NCBI GenBank assembly: GCA_963976765.1
Contig: CAXBME010000007.1
Span: forward strand, 248,001 to 290,825
Direction: 5' to 3'
Length of the DNA: 42,825 nucleotides
From: an uncultured Planctomycetaceae bacterium
GTDB lineage: Bacteria > Planctomycetota > Planctomycetia > Planctomycetales > Planctomycetaceae
Under the pieces are notes generated by a model. That model was not told the DNA's origin and did not search any database. It saw only the letters and a list, made by a program, of their open reading frames with translations. Shown one piece after another: positions 1 to 9,655 of this stretch (position 1 is the stretch's first letter; every line of letters starts with the position of its first letter). The position numbers were made by a program, and so were the translations under genes.

Positions 1-175
1 GACAGTTAATTCCCCCCAGTTATCTGCTGGCCGCTCTGGCCTACTCGATTGTCTACGGCGGAGCCGCAATTCTCCTTTCATTCATCCTTTTTGAAGACCG
101 GGATCTTGCCTGAGCAGACAGCCTGGTTGTTGGTTGCCTGACAATCGTGCTTTGCACGCGGCTGCCTGAAACCGG

Positions 176-2227
176 ATGGTTGAACGATCTGGAGGAGAGG
201 CGAGAGCTGCGGACTTCAGTGCGGAAAGCGGTTCCGTCGTGTCTAAGCAGTACCTTGATCTGCTGCGGCGAGTCTTTCCGATCCGGCGTCTGTTCCGTGG
301 ACACTCACTGCGAGCGTTCATCTGGTGCATTGTCGGGATGGCTGCTTTCGCGGCAGTCCTCGTCGGCACTTTCCTGATCGTCGCGTTGTTGAATTCCCGC
401 GGTGTGGTCACGATCGATTCGCACCACGTTGCCGAGTACGAGCGGCTCTTCCACAGCGGCGACGAAAACCTTTCGAACAGCGAGCCAGGCGAGCCGAATC
501 CGCCACCGCGTGTACTGACCGGACTCGGTCTGAAAGCAGTCGCCTGGGAGCTGCGGCACCGTTCCTGGGGCAGGTTGCTGGCCTGGTCCTGTCAGAAATT
601 CCCAGGTTTGCAAGCCACCGATTCTGCATTGACGTGGCTGCTCGCTCTCGGACTGGTGATGGGATTTCTCCACAGCGCGGCCATGACTCAGGTGGTAACG
701 CTGGCTTCGCGAGCGGCTGGGCATACAGCCGGACAACTTCGCCAGTCTCTGCACCGTCATTCGATTCGCATGGGCACCAGCGATCTTGTCGACGCTCGAA
801 CTGCCGAAGTCATGGAACTGTTTACAACGGAAGTTGAGACGGTCCGCGCCGGAATCGACAAGTGGATCCGAACAATTTTTCGCAGCCCGATGCAGTTGCT
901 GGTTCTGGTGACGCTGGCAGTCACCCTCAACTGGATGATGACGATCGAATGTCTATTGCCGCTTCTGGCGTGCTGGTATCTGGTTCGCCGTGAACGTCGA
1001 CACCTCGATCGAGAGCAGATTTTGAATCTCGACCGAGCGACGACGGATCTCAAACTGCTCGGCGAAGGGATCCGAAAGAGCCGGCTTGTTCGCGGTTACC
1101 AGTTGGAAGCCAACGAAGACCAGCGTTTCGAAAAGCACCTCGCGCGATACCAGGGAAGGCTGCACGAAATCGAACAACGGGAACGTCGCGCCTTCTGGCT
1201 GTCGCGCATGTTGGGACTGACGTGTTTCTCGCTCGTGCTGTTTCTGCTCGGTGCAAGAATGCAGGGGGTGCCCGATTCGCCGGAACATCTCACGCTCGCC
1301 GAAGGCCTGCTGCTGCTCTCGTGTTTTGCGCTTGGCCTGAAGCCGATCGAATCAATCGCGAACCTGAGACGAATTCAGAACGACGCCGGACTGGCAGCCG
1401 AACGAATTTACCGATACCTCAACACCATTCCTGAAGTCGGTCAGGCAGTCGGAGCAAAGTTCCTGCAACCGCTCGAAAAAATGATCGTGATGGAGAAAGT
1501 TGTTTACCGACTCGGAAAACGAAATTTGCTCAACAAAGTGTCGCTCAAGATTCCCGCATCGGGCACGACTGCCGTCGTCGCTTTTGACCCTCTCGAAGCG
1601 CGTGCTCTCATCTCTTTGCTGCCAAGGTTTATCGAACCTCATGCTGGCCGTGTTCTCATTGATGGAGAAGATATCAATTGGGCGACGCTGGAATCACTCC
1701 GTGCAGAAACGCTCCTCGTCGGCGGCAAAGAACCGTGGTTCACAGGCACAATTCTGGAGAACATTACCGGCGGCGAATCGCGATTTTCGCTGACTCAGGC
1801 GACTGAAGCAGCCAAGATGGTTCACGCGCACAACTTCATTCAGAAACTTCCGCAGGGCTACGAAACGACGATTGGAGAACACGGCGATCAGCTACGTGAC
1901 GTCCAGGGTTTTCTGTTAGCGCTGGCTCGAGCCGTGCTTCGCGACCCGGCGTTGCTGATCATCGAAGAACCGTTGCTTGAAATGACCGGCGATGAGAAAG
2001 CTCACATGGAAGACGCTGCTCGCCGTGCGTCCGCCAGTCGCACGACAATTATTCTGCCGTCAAGAATTTCAACGCTGCGCCGGGCTGATCGAATTGTCCT
2101 GTTGAACCGAGGCAAGGTTGAGGTCGTCGGCACGCACGATGTTCTACTGAAGAATTCGGCACTGTATCGCCACTGGGAATACATGAACTTCAACGAGTTT
2201 CGGCACGAAACCTCACCGATTCAATGA
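176..2227 (+). CDS. ABC exporter-like protein (TMD + NBD fusion) with degenerate ATPase motifs
   Basis: 683 aa. The N-terminal half has several hydrophobic helices. The C-terminal half has an MsbA-like NBD scaffold (GRVLIDG, FTGTILENI, AHNFIQKLPQGYETTIGEHG, LALARAVLRDPALLIIEE, ADRIVLLNRGKV), but Walker A, Q-loop, signature and H-switch are non-canonical. Confidence 0.85.
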   Translation: MVERSGGEARAADFSAESGSVVSKQYLDLLRRVFPIRRLFRGHSLRAFIWCIVGMAAFAAVLVGTFLIVALLNSRGVVTIDSHHVAEYERLFHSGDENLSNSEPGEPNPPPRVLTGLGLKAVAWELRHRSWGRLLAWSCQKFPGLQATDSALTWLLALGLVMGFLHSAAMTQVVTLASRAAGHTAGQLRQSLHRHSIRMGTSDLVDARTAEVMELFTTEVETVRAGIDKWIRTIFRSPMQLLVLVTLAVTLNWMMTIECLLPLLACWYLVRRERRHLDREQILNLDRATTDLKLLGEGIRKSRLVRGYQLEANEDQRFEKHLARYQGRLHEIEQRERRAFWLSRMLGLTCFSLVLFLLGARMQGVPDSPEHLTLAEGLLLLSCFALGLKPIESIANLRRIQNDAGLAAERIYRYLNTIPEVGQAVGAKFLQPLEKMIVMEKVVYRLGKRNLLNKVSLKIPASGTTAVVAFDPLEARALISLLPRFIEPHAGRVLIDGEDINWATLESLRAETLLVGGKEPWFTGTILENITGGESRFSLTQATEAAKMVHAHNFIQKLPQGYETTIGEHGDQLRDVQGFLLALARAVLRDPALLIIEEPLLEMTGDEKAHMEDAARRASASRTTIILPSRISTLRRADRIVLLNRGKVEVVGTHDVLLKNSALYRHWEYMNFNEFRHETSPIQ

Positions 2228-2251
2228 CGGACCTGTTCGAATGACGAAGCG

Positions 2252-2899
2252 ATGACCAGCTTTTCTACCGCCGAAAATCCGACAGTCGGCACTCGTTCGT
2301 TGTATTCAGCACTTGTAGAAAAGGCATTGCGAGTTGCGGTCGATGCGCATCGAGACCAGACTCGCAAGGCATCCGATCTGCCGTACTTTCAGCATCCGGC
2401 CAGCGTCGTTCTGATTCTTGCCCGCTGCGGTTTTGACGACGACGAGCTGCTGGCCGCCGCCGTGCTGCATGACACGATCGAAGATACCGACTTTACGGTC
2501 GAGTCTTTGATGGAGCTGTTTCCGGCAGCTGTGGTCCGTCTCGTCCAGGAATGTACGGAAGAGAAAACGGATCAAGCCGGAGAAAAGATCCCCTGGCGAG
2601 CCCGCAAGGAAGCTCACATCGCACTATTGCGAAACGCTTCAGTTGCCGGTCGCGCGATTGTGCTTGCGGACAAGCTTCACAATCTGGGGTCAATGGTTTT
2701 TGACTTCGAACACGGAGACGAATTCTGGAGTCACTTCAACGCCAGCCCCGACGACGTCATCTGGTATCACCGGGAAATCGTAGCCGCTGCGACGACATTT
2801 CCAGGCACACCTGAATTGCCGATCTCTGAGAAACTCAACCTGCTGGCCATCGAGTGCCAACGGTTGATCAACCGTCTGGCAGACTCGATTTCCAGTTAA
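2252..2899 (+). CDS. HD-domain protein, small alarmone hydrolase / MESH1-like ((p)ppGpp hydrolase family)
   Basis: Motifs AHRDQTRK..PY..HP, LHDTIEDT and LADKLHNL match the SpoT/MESH1 HD hydrolase domain. No synthetase domain. Confidence 0.85.
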   Translation: MTSFSTAENPTVGTRSLYSALVEKALRVAVDAHRDQTRKASDLPYFQHPASVVLILARCGFDDDELLAAAVLHDTIEDTDFTVESLMELFPAAVVRLVQECTEEKTDQAGEKIPWRARKEAHIALLRNASVAGRAIVLADKLHNLGSMVFDFEHGDEFWSHFNASPDDVIWYHREIVAAATTFPGTPELPISEKLNLLAIECQRLINRLADSISS

Positions 2900-3039
2900 C
2901 GGCAATGGAGTTTCAAGCACGGCTTGAGCGGCAATAACCAGCGTTCTGTGATTCTGTTTCAACCAGTGGCACCCCGGCGTGGCGGCGATTAACGTGGTGG
3001 CTCTCACCCGGTTCCACTCCTCGCAGTTGAGATTGAGTC

Positions 3040-4233
3040 ATGCCTTGCCGATCACACTCCGCGTTCTGTCTGCGTCCTGCATTTCTGCTCGTGCTGCTGA
3101 CGTTGCAAAGTCTGTCACTGACGCTGAGTAAAGGCGTTGCCGAAGATGCCGCCGAAGAAGGTTTCAAGCCGGCCTTCAACGGAAAGGATCTGACTGGATG
3201 GGTGGCCGTCAACACGGCTCCGTCCACCTGGAAGATGCAGGACGGGATGCTGATCTGCTCGGGAAAACCGATCGGTGAACTCCGCACCGACCGCATGTAC
3301 CAGAACTTTGTGATGGAGCTTGAGTGGCGACACATGGTGCCTCGTGGTAACGCCGGTGTCTTCGTCTGGGCGGATGACATCACCGCTCGCGGAGTTCCGT
3401 TTCATCGAGGCATTGAAGTTCAGGTTCTGGAGAACGCGTACGGCAATACGAAAAGTCACACGACGCACGGTGACATCTTTCCGATCCACGGCGCAAAGAT
3501 GACGCCGGTCAACGGTCGAGGCGGAAGTCGAGCGTTCCCGAGCGAAGAACGCTCCAACCCGAGCCCCGAGTGGAACCACTACCGCATTACCTGCCAGGAC
3601 GGAAACATCTCGCTCGCCGTGAACGGCAAAGTCGTCACCAGAGGAACCAACTGCAGCCCTCGCAAAGGTTACATCTGCCTGGAATCTGAAGGTGGAGTTG
3701 TCCACTACCGAAACGTGAAGATCAAAGAGCTGCCGGATTCGCCGATTGCTGACGAGCATGTTGCGATTGCCAATCGCGACTACCGCTGTCTCTACAACGG
3801 CATCGACTTTTCTGGCTGGCACGTTGGAGAAAACGTCACCGGCAACTGGAAAGCTAACGACTGGGTCTTCTCTTATGACGGCAAAGCTCCAGTTGGTGAG
3901 TCCGCCATCAAGACTGTCGACACGTTCGAGAACTTTGGCTTCGTCTTCGACGTTCGGCGAAAAGAAAACTCGGGTGTACTGCAGATTTCTCTTCGAGATT
4001 CCAGAGGAACGACCATCAACATTGATCCAGACAGCGAAGATTTGAAGAAGCACCTTGGCAGCGGCTGGAACCGATTCGAAGGAACTCTGGTCGGCAGCAT
4101 CCTGAACCTGTCAGTCAACGGTCAGTCTGCCATCACCGACCGAAAACTTGAAGATGCCCCGAAGTCAGGTTCACTGCGAATCGTCCCGGACGGCCCCGTC
4201 GACTTCTCCAACGTGTACGTTCGAAAGTTGTAG
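3040..4233 (+). CDS. DUF1080 (3-keto-disaccharide hydrolase family) protein, secreted, two domains
   Basis: Signal-peptide-like N-terminus. FNGKDLTGW, GNAGVF, GIEVQVL, WNHYRI and GYICLESEGGVVHYRNVKIKEL form the first domain. A second, shorter domain runs LYNGIDFSGW...WNRFE...VDFSNVYVRKL. Confidence 0.85.
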   Translation: MPCRSHSAFCLRPAFLLVLLTLQSLSLTLSKGVAEDAAEEGFKPAFNGKDLTGWVAVNTAPSTWKMQDGMLICSGKPIGELRTDRMYQNFVMELEWRHMVPRGNAGVFVWADDITARGVPFHRGIEVQVLENAYGNTKSHTTHGDIFPIHGAKMTPVNGRGGSRAFPSEERSNPSPEWNHYRITCQDGNISLAVNGKVVTRGTNCSPRKGYICLESEGGVVHYRNVKIKELPDSPIADEHVAIANRDYRCLYNGIDFSGWHVGENVTGNWKANDWVFSYDGKAPVGESAIKTVDTFENFGFVFDVRRKENSGVLQISLRDSRGTTINIDPDSEDLKKHLGSGWNRFEGTLVGSILNLSVNGQSAITDRKLEDAPKSGSLRIVPDGPVDFSNVYVRKL

Positions 4234-4327
4234 TTCACTCTTCGGCAATCCGTGGACCTGACGAATTGCAGCCGCCAGGATTGTCGGAACGACCAGTCAC
4301 TGATTCCCACTTCGGAGTTTTCTTCAC

Positions 4328-5686
4328 ATGCGACGATTTTCTCTGTGCTTCCTGGCTTTTGTGGCATTAACCATCACGTCGGGCATTTCCGCTGCCGATT
4401 CGCCAAACATCGTTCTGATTCTGTCCGACGATCAAGCCTGGACAGACTATGGCTTCATGGGACATCCGGATATCAAAACACCTCATCTGGATGAGTTGGC
4501 CAAAGAGAGCGTCGTCTTTCCACGAGGTTACGTGCCGACGGCTCTTTGTCGGCCTTCGTTGATGACGCTGATCACGGGACGCTATGCCAGCACTCATGGT
4601 GTCACGGGGAACGACCCTTCTCCGAAGTACGCGGCGCCCAATTCGGAACTTTATAACCAGCGCCGAGCGGCACTGATCGCCAACATCGATCGCTTCGACA
4701 CGGTGCCTGAAGCTCTTGGAAAGCGCGGTTACCTCAGCCACCAGAGCGGCAAGTGGTGGGAAGGTAATTTTACGCGAGGTGGCTTCACTCATGGCATGAC
4801 GCGAGGCTTTCCGCAACGCGGAGGGCGGCACGGTGATGACGGGTTGAAGATCGGTCGCGCAGGCATGGAACCTGTCACTTCGTTCGTCGACGAAGCTGTC
4901 AAACAGGACAAACCATTCTTTCTGTGGTACGCCCCGTTTCTGCCTCATACTCCTCACAATCCTCCCGAGAGAATTCTTGCCAGGTACAGAAAAGACGGTC
5001 GCCCAATCACCATCGCGAAGTACTACGCGATGTGCGAATGGTTCGACGAAACCTGCGGACAACTGATCGATCATCTGGAGGAGAAAGGCGTCCGGGAAAA
5101 CACGTTGATTGTTTACGTGTGCGATAACGGCTGGATTCAGAATCCCGAGGCGAACGGCTACGCACCACGGTCGAAACAGACTCCGTACGAAGGCGGGATC
5201 CGAACGCCGATCATGTACTCATGGCCGGGGCACCTTAAATCCGGCATCCGCGAAGAGGTCGTCAGCAGTATCGATATTGTTCCGACCATGCTGGCTGCTG
5301 GCGGTGCGGATATTCCTAAGGACCTGCCTGGGCTCAATCTTCTTTCAAATCTGGGAACCGGTACGAGGATCGATCGTGATGCGATCTTCGGAGAAAGCTT
5401 TGCCCACGACATTGCCGACATCGAAGATCCGGAAGCATCACTGCTCTTTCGATGGTGCATCCAGGGCCGCTGGAAACTGCTGCTGACCTACGACGGTGAA
5501 GTGAACCGCTACCAGTCGACTCATCCTCGAACTGAAAAGCGACCACAACTCTTTGATCTGCTGGCCGACCCGGCGGAAAAGAAAAACCTGGCGGCGGACA
5601 ACCCGGAAATCGTGGCTCGCCTGGCGGAAAAAATCAGCGACTGGTACCCGGTCAAAAAACGCAAAGTGCTGACGAAGTTCGAATAA
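4328..5686 (+). CDS. Sulfatase-family protein (S1/arylsulfatase-like), exported
   Basis: Signal peptide, PNIVLILSDDQ, TPHLDELA, LCRPSLMTLITG, GKWW, PHTPH, DNG and YEGGIRTP. Confidence 0.9.
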   Translation: MRRFSLCFLAFVALTITSGISAADSPNIVLILSDDQAWTDYGFMGHPDIKTPHLDELAKESVVFPRGYVPTALCRPSLMTLITGRYASTHGVTGNDPSPKYAAPNSELYNQRRAALIANIDRFDTVPEALGKRGYLSHQSGKWWEGNFTRGGFTHGMTRGFPQRGGRHGDDGLKIGRAGMEPVTSFVDEAVKQDKPFFLWYAPFLPHTPHNPPERILARYRKDGRPITIAKYYAMCEWFDETCGQLIDHLEEKGVRENTLIVYVCDNGWIQNPEANGYAPRSKQTPYEGGIRTPIMYSWPGHLKSGIREEVVSSIDIVPTMLAAGGADIPKDLPGLNLLSNLGTGTRIDRDAIFGESFAHDIADIEDPEASLLFRWCIQGRWKLLLTYDGEVNRYQSTHPRTEKRPQLFDLLADPAEKKNLAADNPEIVARLAEKISDWYPVKKRKVLTKFE

Positions 5687-5714
5687 TCGATTGAATTCTT
5701 AAGGCTGACAAATG

Positions 5715-5752
5715 AAAGCCGCGAACAGAAACGCTCTGGTCGCGGCTTTTTT
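5715..5752. terminator. Rho-independent terminator, possibly bidirectional
   Basis: Perfect 10-bp inverted repeat AAAGCCGCGA (5715-5724) / TCGCGGCTTT (5740-5749) followed by more Ts. It lies between the convergent sulfatase and ccsBA genes. Confidence 0.75.
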
Positions 5753-5827
5753 ATCGCTGGTTGTAACGTAGACGCACCACATGACCTTTTTCTCATCCCT
5801 CGGTGCGTCGAGATGAGCTCTGCATTT

Positions 5828-8800
5828 CTACGCGTCGTCCTGTTCAACCTGAGGTTCCGCCGCCGAAGCCGCAACGACCGAGGCGCTGATTTCGCTTCGC
5901 CAGAAGTTTGTTGGCAGCATGCCGATGCCGATAACGGCGGCCTGACTCACCCAGAACGCCCACAGAGTTGCCCAGACGCCCTCGGTAAATCCGTAAGCGT
6001 GTAGACCGACGCTGAGTTCGTTCACGCCGAACCATGACCAGCTGGTGATGATGTTCCCGCCGACGGCCAGCACTGCCAGTCCGCGAGGTCCAACCATTTT
6101 GTCCCAGTGAGCGTGCAGCAGAATTGCGTTCCACAGAACGATCAGCAGGGCACCGTTCTCTTTCGGATCCCAGCCCCAGAAGCGTCCCCAGGAATCGTCA
6201 GCCCACAGGCCTCCCAGAACCGTTCCAACAAAGCTGAAGAAGATGCCGAAGCAGACCGTTCCGTAAATCATGCGGGAAAGATCTTTGCTGGCTTCGGGGG
6301 TGACTCTTTTCGTCACGATACCGGCCAGCACGTAGTACAACCCTAACGCTCCGGCCAGGAAGGTTGTCGAGTATCCCAGCGTGATGCAGACAACGTGGGT
6401 CGCCAGCCAGAACTGAGTATCCAGCACCGCCTGCAGAACTTTGAACGTGTCGCCGTCGCCGGCCAGCAGGTGAGAAATTCCAAGAGTCGTCGCTCCCAGA
6501 GCGGCTCCAATGATATTTCCGATGCCGAGGCGATAGATCGACTCAAAGACCATTCCCAGAACAACGCATCCCCAGCCGATGAACACTGCTGACGAGTAGA
6601 GATTCGTGACCGGCGGTCGTCCCGAGATGTAAATTCGAGCCACGAGCGCGAACGTGTGGACAAAGAACGTCGCCAGGATAACGAGGAACGCCGTTCGATT
6701 CAGCGGCTTCGACCAGCCCAGCAGAGCGATCACTGCGAACACAAACGCGAACAGGTAGCTGAAGGCTGAGTAGTAGAACGGAGCAAAATTGTTGAAGAAG
6801 GTTTCGAAGTTGACCCGATCGACGTCTACTTCTTTCGGCGGATTCGTCGCCAGCCAGCGATGATAGTCTCTGACTTTCTCATTGAAGTCGTCGGCTTTCC
6901 CATTCGCGTGAGCGACCATGATCTCGGTCAGAAACTGCACCGGCTTGCTGGTGTTTGCCCCGAGTAGATTCACGCTGAAGTAAGACTTCGTCCAGCCGCG
7001 AGCGAACGTTTCCCATTCCTCACTGGCCGTGAAGTCACGGTCCCCTTCGCCCTTGATCGGAGGAATCGCGAGCGGCGGTTGGCGCTCATCGATCTGCTGC
7101 AGAACCCGCATCGCAGACTGCACCTGCATCCGCATTTCGTTCTGATCAAGACCGTCAATCTGGATGTCCGGTGGCTGGAAGGTCGTCACCAGTAAGTCGA
7201 ACTGGCCAAGCTTGCTCTGCAGTTCGACGAATTTCCGCTCGTCGGCTGTTCGCTCTTTGCTGTCTTTTTTCCGGGCGTCGCTCGCTGCTTCAAGGAGAAC
7301 AGGAATCTTTTCAAAAAAATCGTCCAGTGAATAAAGGTGCTTCTTGCGACGTTCCAGTTCCAGTTTCTGCAGAAGCTGTGGATGATCGATGCGGAACACT
7401 CGATGCTCGCGAGCCGCCGCCGGATTGGCGATGACATCGAGCAGCCAGCGGACTGCCGGTTGCGTTTCGTCGTTTTTGTCTTTGAAAGTTTCACGGTTGG
7501 AAAGCATTCTCAGGCTGTTTCGAGCCAGCGTGTCGAACGGTTTGACGCGTCCTTCATAGACAAGAGGAATTCGACCGAATTCGTGCAGGTTGGCTGCCGT
7601 CGATTCGTAACTCGGCATGCGTGATTTACTGACCAGCCAGCCGGCAAACAGTAGCATGACAAGCCACGGTGCCAGTTTCACGATGAGTGGTTCCGACAGG
7701 GCCTGGCCGAGTGATGTCGAGGTCGTATCTTCAGCTTTTGTTTTGACCGTGCCCGAATCTCGGCGGCGCAGGAACCGCATCATCACAATCCAGAAGTGGG
7801 CGAGCATGCCCGTCGCGACGATCATGCACGAGACATACGGGATCAGCCAGCCTGTGTTCGACACGACGGCCAGCGTTGTCGATTCTTTGCCGGTTGTCGG
7901 ATCCGGCGGTCCGTAGTTGCTCTGGTAGAAAGTTTCCCCGGCGTAGCGCAGCGGGTTGTTCATCCAGATGTGCTGCTCGAAATCGTCGCCGGTCTTGGGG
8001 TCAGTGATGTGAACGACCGAGCGATAATCACGAGGCGTGTTGGTGCCGACGTAGTCGGTCTTGCTGACATCTTTCAGCTCGACCGTGTACGGCTTGTAAT
8101 AACGTTTGAACCGGAGATAGACGTCCCAGGTTTCGCCGGCGACTTCGATCCGATTGGGAGTCCACTCTGACCTCTTTACCAGCTCGAAAAAGACGCCCGT
8201 CAGAAACGTGCCGAGTTCTTTGGCGGTTCCCTTTTCGGTCACTCGGACGTAGGCGGCGGTCAGGTCGACAGCTCCACCGGAATCCGTACCCGCTCCGGGG
8301 CGAACTTCTGAAACAATCATGGTTTCGCCGGGGCCGGTCGTCGCCGGGTTCCACTCTTCGAAGGCGTAATTGAGCACGTCGTCGATTGTGATCAGCTTCC
8401 TGCGAACCTCGTCAGTCAACGGCGTGCCAAGAGTCGTCTCAAGATCCTTGTAGACCTTTTCGACTTTGGCTGCGTCGGAACTCAGATCAGTCAGCTTGTC
8501 GGCAGTGTTAACCTGAAACGGCGGCACGCCGAGCGTCGACGCGATTTCAATCTGTAGCTGACGACGTTCGACCGGATTTGAGTTCTGCATGAACTGCACG
8601 ATCTCGACGTCAAACGGCATCTCGTCGTCCGTCAGTTTCTTCAGTTCTGGCGGAACTGTCGAATTCCCGGCGGCGACGATCATGGCTTTGGGAATGATGA
8701 TTTCTTCGTTTCTGTCCGCGCCTGCTCGATTGACAAAAACCAGTTCGAATTCACGGATGTCGTCTGCGTAGTTGACCGACTCGCCCTCGCTAATCCTCAT

Positions 8801-9655
8801 TTGAGTCTCAACGTGCGAGGTGTCGACGACGACCTCGTTGAGCATCATCAGGCCGACGCCAGCGTGAAGCAGGACAACTCCCGCCCGCTTGCGAAACAGC
8901 ATGATGCAGCCAGCCAGCATGATGATTGACGCTCCACAGCCTTTAACAAGCTGCCAGAGAATGCGCATTCCCGAATCGTCAATCAGTGCTTCTCGCGGGT
9001 TGAACAGAAGGTAAGCGGCGATAACCAGGCCGGCGAAGACTCCCGCCAGGCTGAACGCCTCGGTGCGGCTTTCGTTCCACTTGCTGATGACTCCCCAGGC
9101 CGTCACGAGTAACAGACTGACCGCCAGAAACTGAAGCAGACTCCATAGAGTGTCCCACCCGATCGTCGCCGACTGAACGGAGTTGCTGCCGTGTCCACTC
9201 TCAATGACGAGCCACGTCGCGACCGCACCGATCGCAGTCACAACCAACCCACCAGTCAGACGCGGCCCTTTGGCCTGAATCTTGAATTTCAGCGAATGAG
9301 CAGCGGCCAGGTTGAGCGCCATCAACGTACCGATCAGGTACCCGCCGGGAAACCACATTCCGACGCCGGTACTGATGCCGCTCAGGTCGAGATACGGAGC
9401 GAACAGTGGATGGAACGTGCGAACGGGTACCCAGGCGAACCAGCAGCGGAAGTAGTCGCGGACGACGTCCCAGATGTCGAGTTCAACCTGAGCCAGCGTT
9501 CCCGCCAGGATCAGAAAGATCGAAAATCCAAACAATGTGACCGTCAGCTTGAGCGACGCCAGCGGTTTGAGAGCTTTTCGAATGTCGCCGCCAAACGAGA
9601 TGTCTTTGGAACTGTCAGCGGAAAACGTCTCGTCAGGGGTAGCCTGGCTGGACAT
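5828..9655 (-). CDS. ccsA: System II cytochrome c biogenesis protein, ResB/CcsB-ResC/CcsA fusion (CcsBA)
   Basis: 1275 aa. ResB-like N-terminus (LASLKLTV...GTLAQ; MNNPLRYAGETFYQS). C-terminal WWD domain GGLWADDSWGRFWGWDPKEN with conserved His contexts LATHV, ILLHA and GLHAYG. Confidence 0.9.
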   Translation of the reverse strand: MSSQATPDETFSADSSKDISFGGDIRKALKPLASLKLTVTLFGFSIFLILAGTLAQVELDIWDVVRDYFRCWFAWVPVRTFHPLFAPYLDLSGISTGVGMWFPGGYLIGTLMALNLAAAHSLKFKIQAKGPRLTGGLVVTAIGAVATWLVIESGHGSNSVQSATIGWDTLWSLLQFLAVSLLLVTAWGVISKWNESRTEAFSLAGVFAGLVIAAYLLFNPREALIDDSGMRILWQLVKGCGASIIMLAGCIMLFRKRAGVVLLHAGVGLMMLNEVVVDTSHVETQMRISEGESVNYADDIREFELVFVNRAGADRNEEIIIPKAMIVAAGNSTVPPELKKLTDDEMPFDVEIVQFMQNSNPVERRQLQIEIASTLGVPPFQVNTADKLTDLSSDAAKVEKVYKDLETTLGTPLTDEVRRKLITIDDVLNYAFEEWNPATTGPGETMIVSEVRPGAGTDSGGAVDLTAAYVRVTEKGTAKELGTFLTGVFFELVKRSEWTPNRIEVAGETWDVYLRFKRYYKPYTVELKDVSKTDYVGTNTPRDYRSVVHITDPKTGDDFEQHIWMNNPLRYAGETFYQSNYGPPDPTTGKESTTLAVVSNTGWLIPYVSCMIVATGMLAHFWIVMMRFLRRRDSGTVKTKAEDTTSTSLGQALSEPLIVKLAPWLVMLLFAGWLVSKSRMPSYESTAANLHEFGRIPLVYEGRVKPFDTLARNSLRMLSNRETFKDKNDETQPAVRWLLDVIANPAAAREHRVFRIDHPQLLQKLELERRKKHLYSLDDFFEKIPVLLEAASDARKKDSKERTADERKFVELQSKLGQFDLLVTTFQPPDIQIDGLDQNEMRMQVQSAMRVLQQIDERQPPLAIPPIKGEGDRDFTASEEWETFARGWTKSYFSVNLLGANTSKPVQFLTEIMVAHANGKADDFNEKVRDYHRWLATNPPKEVDVDRVNFETFFNNFAPFYYSAFSYLFAFVFAVIALLGWSKPLNRTAFLVILATFFVHTFALVARIYISGRPPVTNLYSSAVFIGWGCVVLGMVFESIYRLGIGNIIGAALGATTLGISHLLAGDGDTFKVLQAVLDTQFWLATHVVCITLGYSTTFLAGALGLYYVLAGIVTKRVTPEASKDLSRMIYGTVCFGIFFSFVGTVLGGLWADDSWGRFWGWDPKENGALLIVLWNAILLHAHWDKMVGPRGLAVLAVGGNIITSWSWFGVNELSVGLHAYGFTEGVWATLWAFWVSQAAVIGIGMLPTNFWRSEISASVVAASAAEPQVEQDDA

